Of a DNA stretch of 64,000 nt, positions 36,612 to 49,280 are shown one piece after another. This DNA is from Octopus vulgaris (taxonomy: Eukaryota). Numbering within the stretch: position 1 is the stretch's first letter; each line of letters begins with the position of its first letter. The position numbers and the translations under genes were made by a program. The notes under the pieces are model-generated. The model was not told where the DNA came from, ran no database searches, and worked only from the letters and a program-made list of their open reading frames with translations. The stretch covers positions 88,040,001 through 88,104,000 of the forward strand of contig OX597822.1 in assembly GCA_951406725.2 (NCBI GenBank), written 5' to 3'.

Positions 36612-38222
36612 GTAGGTGCAATGTTTATTACACACATACACACACATATGCGCTTGATAAAATCCTCAACAGTGCATTTAAAATTACTCAATGGTTAACA
36701 CCTGAAAGATTTCATGGTTATTTCGCTTGTGCTGCAATCTGTGGTTTTTCTGCTCTCTAACTTTCCATGCTACCAGTTATCACCCCTTCCCTCCTGGACC
36801 ACTCCTATTCTTTCACCTTCCCTCCACTAATATTGATATTTACTCTCAACCACAGTTCAGTTTACATGTCAACCCCTATCTCTAAGCATCTACTTTCTTC
36901 TTTCACATTCCTATGAACTTATCCACCCAACTTTCCTGTTAATAACAATCCAGATACCAACTAGCTTTATCAAATATATTGAAAGAAAGTTCCTCAATAT
37001 ATATATATAAACGTTCTAATAAATTATAAAGTTAATAAAAGAAAATGGAGAAGAAAATATATAATAGATACTTGGTTCATTTTATTTGTATCACAAATAA
37101 AATGAATCAAGTATAAAATGAATCAGGAAAATATAATGGAGAGTTGAAAGTTAATAACTATTTATTAATAAATTGATAAATCTTACTTCCCACAGCTGTT
37201 TCCATTTGTGCTCATTAAGTAAATTACAAATTTATGCTTTAAATTTGCTTTTATAAGATTGAGCAAAATATCATCAGGGAAAAAGACATACATTAAAAGA
37301 TTACATGTTGACCATTTAGTTCATACCAACAGATTAAATATATGGAATTATTTTAATTTTATTTGTGTGTGTGTGAGGGTTAACAGATTAATTTGAAAAT
37401 AAGGAAAAATAAAGTATAAAAAATAACAAGGTTGAATAAAATAAAAATAAAAAGTAAAATACAATAAAAATAAAAGATATAAAAATAAACAAGGTAAAAT
37501 AAAATAAATAAATAAAAATAGAACAAAAATAAAATAGGATGGAATAGAATATACATATATAGATAAATATGTACATACAGATAAACATAAAAATATGCAT
37601 AAAAATGTACATATATACATACATAAACACTTATACATACACCACACACACACACACACATATGCACGTATGTATGTATATATAAAGAAAAAATTAATAT
37701 GCAGACTCTATGTATTAATTAGTATCTATTGGTTGGAGAAACTTAAATTAGTTTACATGCGGTTAAGCATTTCAAGAAAATATCTAATCATAACGGTATC
37801 TCAATATATACATGTGTGCTGAATTATATAGTAATAAAAGACTCACAGTAATAATTGCATGTATATATATACATGCATGTATACATACACACACACACAT
37901 ATATATACACATGCATAGACATACATAAATGCACAGATGTGTATATACATGCACATAAGTACATACATAAAGCATATAGTCATACACATATATATGCATT
38001 ATAACCTTCAATAGTATTAATTCATGCACACACAAAAATAAAAATAAAATGACTCCATATATCTAGTCTGCTGGTATTGAATATGGATTATATGCTTAAT
38101 ATATACCTATTAATTTAGGGAAATTTTATTTCTCCAAGTTATTAGGTATAGAACCAATGTTCTTTTGGATGTAATCATCCCTTTAAGAGGTTAATTTATC
38201 CTCTAATTAATTTATATATATA

Positions 38223-38575
38223 TCATCATCATCATCGTTTAACATCCTTTTTCCATGCTAGCATGGGTTGGACGGTTCGACCAGGGTCTGGGAAGCCAGG
38301 AGGCTGCACCAGGCTCCAGTCTGATTTGGCAGTGTTTCTACAGCTGGATGCCCTTCCTAATGCCAACCACTCTGTGAGTGTAGCAGGTGCTTTTTACGTG
38401 CCACTGGCACAGGGGCCAGAGGAGGCTGGCAAACGGCCAAGGTCGGTTGGTGCTTTTATGTGTCACCGACACGGATGCCAGTCAGGCGGCGCTGGCATCT
38501 GCCATGTTCGGACGGTGCTTTTTATGTGTCACCAGCACAGGTATCTTAACTACAATTTCCATTTGATTTTCATTT
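38223..38575. mobile_element. RTE-associated 3' repeat with (CAT)n end
   Basis: Highly similar to the reverse complement of 48284-48740; the same sequence forms the 3' part of the RTE fragment at 60790-61660. Confidence 0.75.
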
Positions 38576-38631
38576 ATATATATATCCTTGTTTTAAATAT
38601 ATATTTTGATTGTTTTTTTAAACTTTTGCAG

Positions 38632-38718
38632 CTTTGCCAAAAATTGTGTTACTAATTCTCGCGGTGACACCAGTTTCTGCTCATGTAGAGAGGGATACAG
38701 AGGTGCAAAATGTGACAA
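38632..38718 (+). CDS. LanA: Laminin alpha exon 16 (LE, contains RGD)
   Basis: ttgcag/gtaagt; FAKNCVTNSRGDTSFCSCREGYRGAKCD; phase 2 to 2. Confidence 0.93.
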
Positions 38719-39454
38719 GTAAGTGAACTATTTCAGCAATGTTAATTGTTGTTTGTGTTGGAACAACAAATGCTTCTAAACTGGGATGATGCAAGTCAAT
38801 TAGGGATATCACAGGAATTTATCAGACATTCAGAATAGTTGTAAGGTTTCTTTTGTAATTAGATACAAACTTATAAGTGAACTGAGGAAATTTTAACAGT
38901 AACAATGTGATAATGCCTGATTTATGATTATGAAAATATAACATGTCTATGCTTCAGACACTTCTGCTGCTGGTGTTGAGTGAGAGATGCGGTCTTCGTC
39001 CCAGAGCTCGCAAGATCTTGCTATTCGTAAGACCCGCAGAAGAGAAAGCAGGTCAACCCCGACACCGAGAGCATTGACGGATGGATGAATGCACATCCAG
39101 GCTCAGCGGTTGCGTAGGAAGTCGGGGACAAGAAACAAGAAAAAAGAGTGAGTGAAAGTTGGAGCGAAAGAGTACAACAGGGGTTTCTCCCCCTCCCCCC
39201 GCCGGAGCCTCGTGGAGCTTTAGGTGTTTTTGCTCAATAAACACACACAACGCCCAGTCTGGGAATTGAAACTGCAATCCTCCGACCGCAAGTCCGCTGC
39301 CCTAACCATTGGGCCATTGTGCCTCCACTGCTGCTGGTGTCTGAAGTATGAGGGACAAAAATTTAAAAGATGGTCATATTTTTTTATATTGCACTTATTG
39401 TATGAATTTTAGATTTTCATAAGAAAAATTAACTGTTACCATCTTTTATTGAAG

Positions 39455-39666
39455 ATGTTCTCCAGGATACTATGGAGATCCACTGAAGATTGGTGGATCA
39501 TGCCAACCCTGCCAGTGTAGTGATAACATCGATCTCAATAATCCTAACAGCTGTGATAAAAAAACAGGAGAATGTAGAAACTGCACAAATAATTCTGCTG
39601 GCAAAAATTGCAACATATGTAAGGAAGGATGGTTTGGTGATCCAGTTATGGCGAAGAACTGTACAA
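39455..39666 (+). CDS. LanA: Laminin alpha exon 17 (LE)
   Basis: ttgaag acceptor (AAG type), gtaagt donor; CSPGYYGDPLKIGGSCQPCQCSDNIDLNNPNSCDKKTGECRNC...AKNCT; phase 2 to 1. Confidence 0.92.
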
Positions 39667-39810
39667 GTAAGTTTGTTAATTCATTAATTTATTTCTTTTT
39701 GTAAGAGTAGCTTGTGTAGAGTTTTTGAGGTGAACTCAGCTATTGTATATTCCTGACATACATATGATTGAACCTACACTGACCACATTCTTCTGTGGTA
39801 TCGGATCTTA

Positions 39811-40045
39811 AGGCGGTGAGCTGGCAGAATTGTTAGCATGCCGGGCGAAATGCTTAGCAGTATTTCATCTGCCGCTACGTTCTGAGTTCAAATTCCACCA
39901 AGGCAGCCTTTGCCTTTCATCCTTTCGGGGTCGATAAATTAAGTACCAGTTATGCACTGGGGTCGATGTAACCTACTTAATCCATTTGTCTGTCCTTGTT
40001 TGTCCTCTCTGTGTTTAGCCCCTTGTGGATAGTAAAGAAATAGGT
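39811..40045 (+). mobile_element. SINE family B
   Basis: ggcggtgagctggcagaa...gagttcaaattcc head; related copies at 3285-3480, 16730-16945, 24835-25050, 45336-45570, 48800-49005, 52735-52945. Confidence 0.78.
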
Positions 40046-40230
40046 ATTGGATCTCAGAAATGAATGTTTCTAAGCAAGCCAATATTTTCCCTTGGCCAGA
40101 CATGTTTTTTCATAGAAGACTGGAAACAAATGATACTGTTTCTATGACAGTGGCATTTATTTATACGTATCATTTGATATCAAGATTAACATACATACAT
40201 ATATATGCATCTATACATATATACCCCTCC

Positions 40231-40261
<31 letters not shown>

Positions 40262-40911
40262 CATCATCATCTTAATATCCACTTTCCCATGCTTGCATGA
40301 TTAAGATAGAATTTGTTGAAGCAGATTTTCTACAGCCAGTTTCCAAGCAAGGTAAAATTCCCCCCTGTCTGGATATGTTTGCATTGAAGATTGGAAAAGA
40401 ATGACACAACTTACATGAAAATGGTACTTACAACTATCACTTGATGTCAAAACGAAGAAACACACACGACACATTCTCTCTTTCTCTCTCTCTCTCTCAC
40501 ACACACACTCACACACACACACGTTATAGGCTTCTTTCAGTTACCATCTACCAAATCCACTTACTAAACTTTGTTCAATCTGGAGGTAGATTTTAAATTA
40601 GTTTCATGTTTCTGCAATTACTCCTTCTGTTACTCATTGCAGTAGTTTTGGGTTCAATACCATTGCACAGCACGCTGGGCAAGCATCTTTAGCTATAACC
40701 TTGGAGACACCTGTGCCTCTATTGTACTTGAGTTTCTTAAAACCTGGCATAAATCCAGATCCCTCTCTACTGCAATCCCACTCAGGCTTTGAGGGTATAT
40801 CCCAGTATATGTGTACACTATATGTGTATATATGTAAGAGAATTTTTTATATTCACTAGACATCAATTTTAATTAATCTAAATACTATAAAATTTTTTTG
40901 ATTGATTGCAG

Positions 40912-41012
40912 GGTGTACTTGTGATACCTGTGGTACTTCTAAGTGTGATGATACATTTGGTTTCTGCTACTGCAAGCCTAATGTTGTTGGGAAGAAATGT
41001 AACAGATGCTTG
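40912..41012 (+). CDS. LanA: Laminin alpha exon 18 (LE)
   Basis: ttgcag/gtaagt; CTCDTCGTSKCDDTFGFCYCKPNVVGKKCNRCL; phase 1 to 0. Confidence 0.94.
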
Positions 41013-42014
41013 GTAAGTGTTATATATATATTTATGTACATGCATACATATACACATGCATACATACATGTACACACACACAGACATTCACATGTATGTT
41101 TATATAATTGTTATGTATGTCTTCGTGTTAGTATGGATTAAATAGATGTGTAAACTTTAAATCTTGTGGTATACATTAAGTTGTTAGTATGGGAGATAGT
41201 TGGTTAATCCTCATCATGGTAATTACTAGTACATCTATGATGTATATGATGTAGATCATGTTATACATATACACACATGCATATACATTCATGCATATAT
41301 TTACACATAGACATATATATACATACAACCATTCACACATGCATGCATACATACATAATATGTACCTATATATGTACATATCAAATAAAATTAAATTAAA
41401 AACAGAACACAAAGGATATCGTGGTACATGTGTTTCAAGCTTTATAAACAATCCGTTCTTACATCAGTGTATTATTAATATAAAAGATGGTTTAAAGCTC
41501 TCTTCAGCTGCATTGTTATTCCATAGAATTACATCACACTATAAAAAATATGAAAAGTACATGTAGTATTACCCATTATAATAGGTATATCTTATCTCCC
41601 TGAGAAAGTGTATTTGTGAAATTTCCTAACTGTATAAATGTATAAAGATTCATTGGATTTCGAAAATTTGCCCATACTGTATCACCAGTCAACATAGAGT
41701 CTGTATATATGTACATATATACATACATGCATATGTTATGGCTGCCCCCTCGTTATCGAGTATGGCTATTGCATGAAGTTTAACTGTTACTGGTGCTGTG
41801 ATCGAATGTGACTTTTTAGCCCAGCTAAAGATCTACAATGTCTTGTACAGAATTGGCAACTAAAACCTTTACCGGTAATAGCTGGCCGTAGTTGTAACTG
41901 GGCTTCATGTACCTTTGCATGTTGTTTGAGTCCTCCTGCATATGTACTTATGTATGTACATACCTACATACAGGCAGACATACAAATTTCTTTGCTTTAT
42001 TTTCGAATTGACAG

Positions 42015-42195
42015 CCAAATCATTATGGTTTCAAAGACTGCAACGGCTGCAAGAGTTGTGATTGTGGTCTTGCTTCTCGTTCCGATTCATGTGATGACAT
42101 GACTGGACAGTGCCGATGTGAGCCAGGTGCTGGTGGACGTAAGTGTGACCGCTGTCTAGATGGCTACTGGGATTATGGTCCAAACGGTTGTAAAC
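42015..42195 (+). CDS. LanA: Laminin alpha exon 19 (LE)
   Basis: tgacag/gtaagt; PNHYGFKDCNGCKSCDCGLASRSDSCDDMTGQCRCEPGAGGRKCDRCLDGYWDYGPNGCK; phase 0 to 1. Confidence 0.95.
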
Positions 42196-42325
42196 GTAAG
42201 TAGATATTTCTTTAATTCTTATTCAAAGGAGAGACTTTTTGCTTGTTTCCAATTTCATATCTTCCTACACTCTTGCTATCTGCCTCTGTATATGTACATG
42301 AAATATATGATGATAATAATAATGA

Positions 42326-42379
<54 letters not shown>

Positions 42380-42989
42380 TACAACTACTACTAAGGATAA
42401 TCGGCAGCGGCGTCATCATTATTATTATTATTACTATTATAATAGTCTCATAGCAGCTAATTAATGTTACTGAATGGTTTCATGCCAGTAACCTTCAAGA
42501 ATTGGAGAGGTAAATTAACAATCATCAAACATGACTGAATAGAAAAGCATGGCCTGGGCTCTTTCCTATTGGAAGCATAAAAATGCCACATCCTGTTTAT
42601 GAGTCTCAGAGTTATTGGAAAACAAGACAAAATGAAAATCATGGATGAAAGAACACATAGAAAGATGATTGAAAGAAAAAAAAAGAACAAAGTTGTAGCT
42701 GAAGCATATCAAAGTTATGTTCCTTTGATTTGCCTCTTTTTAGCCAGTGATTTTCATGTCAGCATACAGGTGACAAAATGTCTGCTTCAGTTTTATGTGA
42801 TATTTGATTGTTAGGTGAAGCGCTGGGGAGAAATGAGGTGGAGAGGGTGAGTTGGGGTTAGAGAGAAATAGGGAGGTGTAGCAGAGAGGTAGGGGAACAA
42901 ATTAGGAGAGAAGTGATTGTGATTGTGTATATGCATGTGTGCAAGTGCGTATATATATATAAGCTGTGTGTGGGGGAGGAATTAACTCC

Positions 42990-43850
42990 TTGTTTATGGT
43001 GAGAGAAGCGCTAACCCATATATATAGGGTGTACTAGACTTAAAGTTCATGTAGGCCCCTGAGTGCAGGGAATTCAATATGATTCTTTTCTCTGCTAAAT
43101 AGAGTCCACACCTCCTACTACCATAGAGGTAAAGTTTGCTCTTTTCCAACAGTCTCCATTTGATGTTATATTGTGCAACATTTTCTTTCAATCTCCATAT
43201 ATATATATTGCCAATATTGTGATTTTACATCTCTCTCTGATATTAAATAAAAACATGTGAGCATTGAGTCTGGTTCTGAAGGGGCCTTCCATTGTGCAGA
43301 TCTTTTTGGTTTGAACGGCAGTTTTTAACATAATTTCTAGGTAACTAAAAAATTTTAAACTGGTAGAATGTGTTTATAAAACATCTTTTTCTCTTGGCTT
43401 TATTGAGGAAATTCTATAGTCTGTAAGATATTTGTTGTTTTTTTTCTTCAATTTCTGCAATTTCAACCAATCAGTGACGTGTATTTGAGGTGAAAACATT
43501 CTGTGCCGTATGAATATGTCCCTTGTTTAAGAAACAGATTGGATTTATTTACATTTCTGAAGAAAAAAGATACCCTTCCCCCCACCCCTAACCCTAACAC
43601 TAAAACAGATTGAAATGCAATAGATCGATACTAGGGTCATAATTATGGGTGACAATTTCATATGACACCACTAGAAAAAACTGCCGTTCAAATCGAAAAG
43701 ATCCCATTGTGCTCACATATATTTGTACATTCATTGCTTTACTGGGATTCCTTAAGACTATTTCTGCATTATACATGATAATTACTGTATTACTTTAACC
43801 ATTTAGTAGGCATGTGGCATTACCTCTGCATGAGCAGCCTGCCTATGTGT
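42990..43850 (-). mobile_element. Penelope-like GIY-YIG C-terminal fragment interrupted by a MITE
   Basis: CLLNG...MYNAEI...FRTRLNAH...YIWRLKE...YNIKW...YGSRRCGLYLAEK motifs, degenerate. Confidence 0.65.
43298..43704. mobile_element. MITE with about 29-bp TIRs and 8-bp TSD
   Basis: TIR gatctttt(t/c)g(g/a)tttgaacggcagttttt; TSD cattgtgc at 43290-43297 and 43705-43712. Confidence 0.88.
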
Positions 43851-44394
43851 TAGGTGTATTTACTACAATTTTCTTTATGCACAAAGCATATCAATAAAGC
43901 ATATCAATAAAGCATACATAACTACAGTTTTTTTCATTGAGTAATTTCCTTCAGTGATTTGTATTTTAATATATCATAAAGTGTTTTACAATATTTAATA
44001 TTGTTATAAACTACTTTTTTCTTAAATGTATTATAGAGTTGTTTATAACATTTAATTATGAATTACATTTTTGTTTTAATATAAAAAGGAAAAAATAAGT
44101 CTAAATTTAACAAATACGTATATGTAATAAGAAAAAATTGTTTAAACACAGACAAAAGGACAGTAGAGATTTATATAGAAAATGTGTAAAGATAAAAACA
44201 ATTACAATTAATGAAAAATTCTAACAAATCTCCCTTTAGTATATCATAAAGGGGTTTACGATATCTAATATACTATAAAACACTTTATTTGTTTTTAATG
44301 TATTATAAAGTGATATATATTTAATATGTTATTGTATGCTGCTTTTAATGTATTATAAAGTAATATATAATATTTAATATTATTTATATGTCAG

Positions 44395-44535
44395 GTTGTT
44401 CTTGTGCAAGAACTGGAGTTTCCCGAACATGTGACCCTGTAACTGGTGTGTGCCGTTGCATGGAAGGTTATGTAGGAAGCTCTTGTAATCGATGTGCTAA
44501 AGATTGGGTCAAAGTACCTGGGAAAGGATGCAGCC
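44395..44535 (+). CDS. LanA: Laminin alpha exon 20 (last LE)
   Basis: tgtcag/gtgagt; CSCARTGVSRTCDPVTGVCRCMEGYVGSSCNRCAKDWVKVPGKGCS; phase 1 to 1. Confidence 0.93.
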
Positions 44536-44809
44536 GTGAGTAACTTAATTTATATATATATATAATTACTTGTCTTGTTAGATGTCTAATATCAGACAAT
44601 TAAGACTTCATGTTCACCTAAGTAATGAGAGTTTGCTGCTTCACTCAGCAATTTATGTTTGTGTGTGTGTCTGTGTGTGTGTGTAATATATATATGTATA
44701 TATGTGTATATATATATATGTCTATATGCATATATATAATTATATATATATTCATATATATAATTATATATATATATATATATTTTTTTATTTTTACTTT
44801 TTTTTAAAG

Positions 44810-45090
44810 TTTCAGCTCAGAGCTGCGGCCATGCTGATGCACCGCCGTTTTGCGCTACACTGTTATTACTAGGAGCCTCCTCTAATATGTGGCACTTGAT
44901 GAAGAATGGGGTTTGATATAGCTACCCTCATTTGCACCTCTTGCCGTGAGGTAGGCTCATCTAGGACTCTCGACAGGAAGAGGTCCAGCTTTGATTTAAA
45001 AACTCCTACATCTACTTCATGCAAGTTCCTCAGACTCTTTGGGAGAATATTAAAAAGCTGTGGGCCCTTGAAACCCAGGCTGTTGCAGTA
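44810..45090 (-). mobile_element. CR1/L2-group LINE 3' fragment
   Basis: YCNSLGFKGPQLFNILPKSLRN...FKSKLDLFL motif. Confidence 0.7.
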
Positions 45091-45600
45091 ACTGCATATA
45101 TATGTATACATACATATATATGTATATTTATGCATATATGTATATATATGTGTCTTTACAGTTGTACATATATGTACAGAAGTACAGACAGACTGTGTGG
45201 TAAGTAATTTGCTTCCCAACCACATAAATCCAGGTTCAGTTCCACTGTGTGACGCCTTGTCAAATATCTTTGGTTAACCTTAGGCCAACAAAGCCTTGTG
45301 AGTGGATTTGGTTGACAGGAACCTGTTGTGTGTAAGGTGGCGAGCTGGCAGAAATGTTAGCATGCTGGGCAACATGCTTAATGGTATTTTGTCTGCCGTT
45401 ATGTTCTGAGTTCAAATTCCGCCGAGGTCAACTTTGCCCTTCATCCTTTCAGGGTTGATAAATTAAGTACCAGTTATGTACTGTGGTCGATATAATCGAC
45501 TTAATCCATTTGTCTGTCCTTGTTTGTCCCCTCTGTGTATAGCTCCTTGTGGGCAATAAAGAAATAAGAAACCTGTTGTGTGTGTATACATGTGTGCGTG

Positions 45601-46026
45601 TGTTAAATAATATGAGACAACAAAACCAAGGCTGTGTGGAATTTTCAGGTCATTTATAAAGAGCAAGTTAGTCTTACAGCTGTTTCTGGGATATTAGGAA
45701 TATCCCTTCATCAGAGACAATTTGAGATGGTTAAATAGAAGGAGATATTAGAGTTCAATATAAGGAGTTATTTTGGAAAAGGAAGGAAATAAGGAGTATA
45801 TAGTGAAATAGGGGAATGAATGTAGAAATAAAAATATATTTCTTTCCTTTTCCAAAATAACTTCTTATATTGAACTCTAATATTTCCCTCTATTTAACCA
45901 TCTCACATTGTCTCTGATTAAGGGATATCCCTAATATCCCAGAAGCAGCTGTTATACTAACTTTCTCTTATAAATGTCCTGAAAATTCTGCACAGCCTTG
46001 GCTTTGTTGCCTCATTTTATTTAACA
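45601..46026. repeat. Inverted repeat with about 190-bp arms (Penelope pseudo-LTR-like)
   Basis: 45601-45791 is the imperfect reverse complement of 45837-46026. Confidence 0.88.
45671..45718 (-). ncRNA. Minimal type I hammerhead ribozyme-like motif
   Basis: GUCU-CUGAUGA-A-GGGAUAUU-ccu-AAUAUCCC-A-GAAA-CAGCUG-UA-AGAC: canonical core, 8-bp stem II, palindromic stem III, GUA site. Confidence 0.7.
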
Positions 46027-46186
46027 TATACATGCTCATACAAGACGTGCATTAGACTCCTCACTCATATCATTATTGAATTGTGAGTTTAATTATGGTC
46101 CTTCCATAGCTCTTACCATAAAGCGTTACCTGCCACCTTGTGTCTTCTGGATACCAATACCTCTCATATATATATATATATATATA

Positions 46187-47361
46187 CTAGCAGTATCGCC
46201 CGGCGTTGCTCGGGTTGTAAGGGAAATAACTATATAAGCATTTTTAGAGAGTTATAGCCAAAAAATAGCAAAAAAATGCATTAAAAATTGAAAAAAAATT
46301 AAGGTAAATTTTTTTTTTAAATCGTTGACACATCGTAGATATTTTTAGAGAGTTACTTCCCTTATATAAAAGCGAAAAAAATGCATTAAAATGGAAAAAT
46401 ATGATAGTAAATTTTTTTTAAATCGTAGACTCATCGTAGACGCGCGCTAATACCCAGAAGGGCTCGATATGAATCACGACTATAAGATACCCGCTTTTGG
46501 TTAAACTGCACCGCAAAATGTGGGAGTAGTTACGAATCTAAATCGAAGGGGACAGACACACAACTTCACTCTTATATAAAGATGCTTTTTTTTTCAGTCA
46601 TAGAGTTAGATTTATGAAGGTCTTCAGTGGAAAATCCTTCGAATTCTGACTCGCTGCTTGATATAATGAAATTCGTATCCATTTTTTGTCAGAATTACAA
46701 ATTTTGAAAACACAATAGGAACAAATTTCGGAAAAAAATCTCCCATAATTCACGGAATTAAAATTACACTTCGATTTTTGTACAAAACTGTATTTGAAGT
46801 GTTTACGAAGTATAATACGTGTTTTCACGAATGTACTAAATAGATTTACTCTGATATTCTCATTTAAATATGAATAGGTAAATTCGGGCGGTTTGGTAAT
46901 GAAAGGGTTTATATAAGTGTCGTCTGTTTATACATAAACACTGTTTCATACTCTCAGTTTAGTCTTCCTCAAATCACTCTGTCGCTAATTTACTCTCTTC
47001 CAAGAACATTTTCACTCACTCTTATCTGTTAGCTTCCCATACATTTTACTCATGTATCTATCAGCGTGATAGACAGAAACAAATATTACATCTAGTTTCA
47101 CTTTATTCGTTGCACACTGTGTGTGTGCGTTTGCGTGTGCTGTAAACCAGACTAAGAAAAGCATTTGACATACACACAAGAATGTGAGTTTTCTGTAAAT
47201 TTTGCTTAATTGGAGTTTAAATTTTAAAAACTGGACCTGGCATGACCCGATGCATTCTACTCTTAAAAATGGTAGGTAAATTGTAATTGAAGAAATCCTA
47301 TATTGTAGATTTCTATAACTTACAAAGGGAGGCAGATAAAATCTGCCTTTTATAATAAGAT

Positions 47362-47364
<3 letters not shown>
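46187..47364 (-). mobile_element. Non-autonomous Helitron-like element
   Basis: 3' CTAG end and hairpin nearly identical to 9407-9779; TC-type 5' end in (TA)n near 47360. Confidence 0.7.
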
Positions 47365-47415
<51 letters not shown>

Positions 47416-47434
47416 GTATATATGTATATGTATC

Positions 47435-47755
47435 TATCTATTTATGCGCTCAGTTGAAGTCGACTTTCGGTCACTCGTTGGATCAGTGTGCTCCAGTCAG
47501 TTCTATCCTGGGCCGCTTCTTTCAGATTGGCTATGTCCATTCCAGTATCCCTCTTGATGGTGTCAAGCCAGCGGGTTCTTGGTCGGCCCCTTCCTCTCTT
47601 GCCACTGACCATTCCGAGCATGATGTCCTTCTCCAGGGATTTTCTCCGCATAATATGACCGAAATATGCCAATCTATGCTTGGTGATCCTAGCTTCTAGC
47701 GACATTTTCGGCCTGGTCTGCTTAAGAACTTCTTCATTGGTGAGCCTCGCTGTCC

Positions 47756-47757
<2 letters not shown>
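47435..47757 (-). mobile_element. RTE/BovB-like LINE 3' fragment
   Basis: [11 protein letters not shown]...[18 protein letters not shown]...[10 protein letters not shown], uninterrupted, within (TA)n. Confidence 0.85.
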
Positions 47758-47830
<73 letters not shown>

Positions 47831-47835
47831 CACAC

Positions 47836-47867
<32 letters not shown>

Positions 47868-47882
47868 GTATATATATAAATG

Positions 47883-47947
<65 letters not shown>

Positions 47948-48283
47948 AATTTAAATAAACAAAATAATTAAAAAACAGGGAAAAAGAAAAAGACAAATGT
48001 GAGGATGTACACAAGAAATATATTAATTTGATGCTCAGTGAAGGGAGAGAGTTGTTGTTATTGTTTTGAGCATTGCATATATATCTTTCTATATTTCTCC
48101 TCTCAGAAAAAGTTTTACAAAACAGATTGACAGAATAAGTACTCAGCTTTAAAATGGTACTGGGGTCAATTTGTTTGACTAAAATTCTTCAAGGTGGTGC
48201 CCTAGCATGCCCTTAGTCTAATGAGTGTATATAAAAATAGTATATATATAAAAAAGGTGCATGTGTATTTCTTCAAAAACTAA

Positions 48284-48740
48284 TCATGCCCGCAGGATGG
48301 CCTGCTGTGCTAACCTTGGATCGTAGAGTGACCCGCTGTTCTTGAGGAGACCTGTTGAGTCAAGTACGTCAACATCAAAATAAAAATTGAAATGGAAATT
48401 GTAGTTAAGATACCTGTACTGGTGACATGTAAAAAGCACCGTTGAAACGTGGCAGATACTAGCGTCGCCTGACTGGCGTCCGTGTCGGTGACACGTAAAA
48501 GCACCAACCGATCGTGGCCATTTGCCAGCCTGCTCAGGCCCCTGTGCCAGTGGCATGTAAAAAACACCCACTACACTCACGGAGTGGTTAGCGTTAGGAA
48601 GGGCATCCAGCTGTAGAAACACTGCCAAATCAGACTGGAGCCTGGCGCAGCCTCCATGGCTTACCAGACCCCGTTCGAACCGTCCAACCCATGCTAGCAT
48701 GGAAAACAGACGCTAAATGATGATAATGATGATGATGATT
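48284..48740. mobile_element. RTE-associated 3' repeat
   Basis: Inverted relative to 38223-38575; ends in (ATG)n. Confidence 0.75.
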
Positions 48741-49128
48741 AACTGAAGAAATAACTAGACATAAAAATATCCTTAATATTTATTAAACAGAATAAAGTAG
48801 TGAGGTGGCAGAATCGTTAGCACATTGAGCAAAATGTTTAGCAGAATTTTTTCATCTTTACATTCTAAATTTAAATTCTGCCGAGGCCAACTTTACCATT
48901 CATCCTTTCAGGGTTGATAAAATAAGTACCAGTTGAGTACTAGGGTCAATGTAATTGACACCTTCCCCCACAATTGCTGCCCTTGTGCCAAAATTGGAAA
49001 TCAATATTTATTAAACAGAGTAACTGTATTGCTAACAATGGCTTTTCACACACGCATGCATATATACACTGGTGTATGTATATGTATGGCTATATTTCTA
49101 TTTTTATGTATGTTTTTTTTCCTTTCAG

Positions 49129-49280
49129 AATGTGATAAATGTACCAAGCTCCTCTTATCAGATCTCGGTGACTTGCATAATAACATTACCTCTGTGCGAC
49201 ATCAGTTACAATTTTTGAGTGTTGGCATTGAAGCTCAGAAGGAACTGGCTAAAATTAAAAAAGACTACAAAAATTTAAGG
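49129..49280 (+). CDS. LanA: Laminin alpha exon 21 (start of coiled coil)
   Basis: tttcag/gtaggt; CDKCTKLLLSDLGDLHNNITSVRHQL...; CxxC-LL-DL marks the start of domain II/I. Confidence 0.92.

Noticed and set aside
38263-38655. 130-aa ORF, and the similar 138-aa ORF at 48284-48700, as a protein family
   Set aside because: Both are chance frames in the same dispersed RTE-associated 3' repeat.
39461-39466. tccag as the exon 17 acceptor instead of gaag
   Set aside because: It is 11 nt downstream, would shift the frame, and would lose a conserved LE cysteine.
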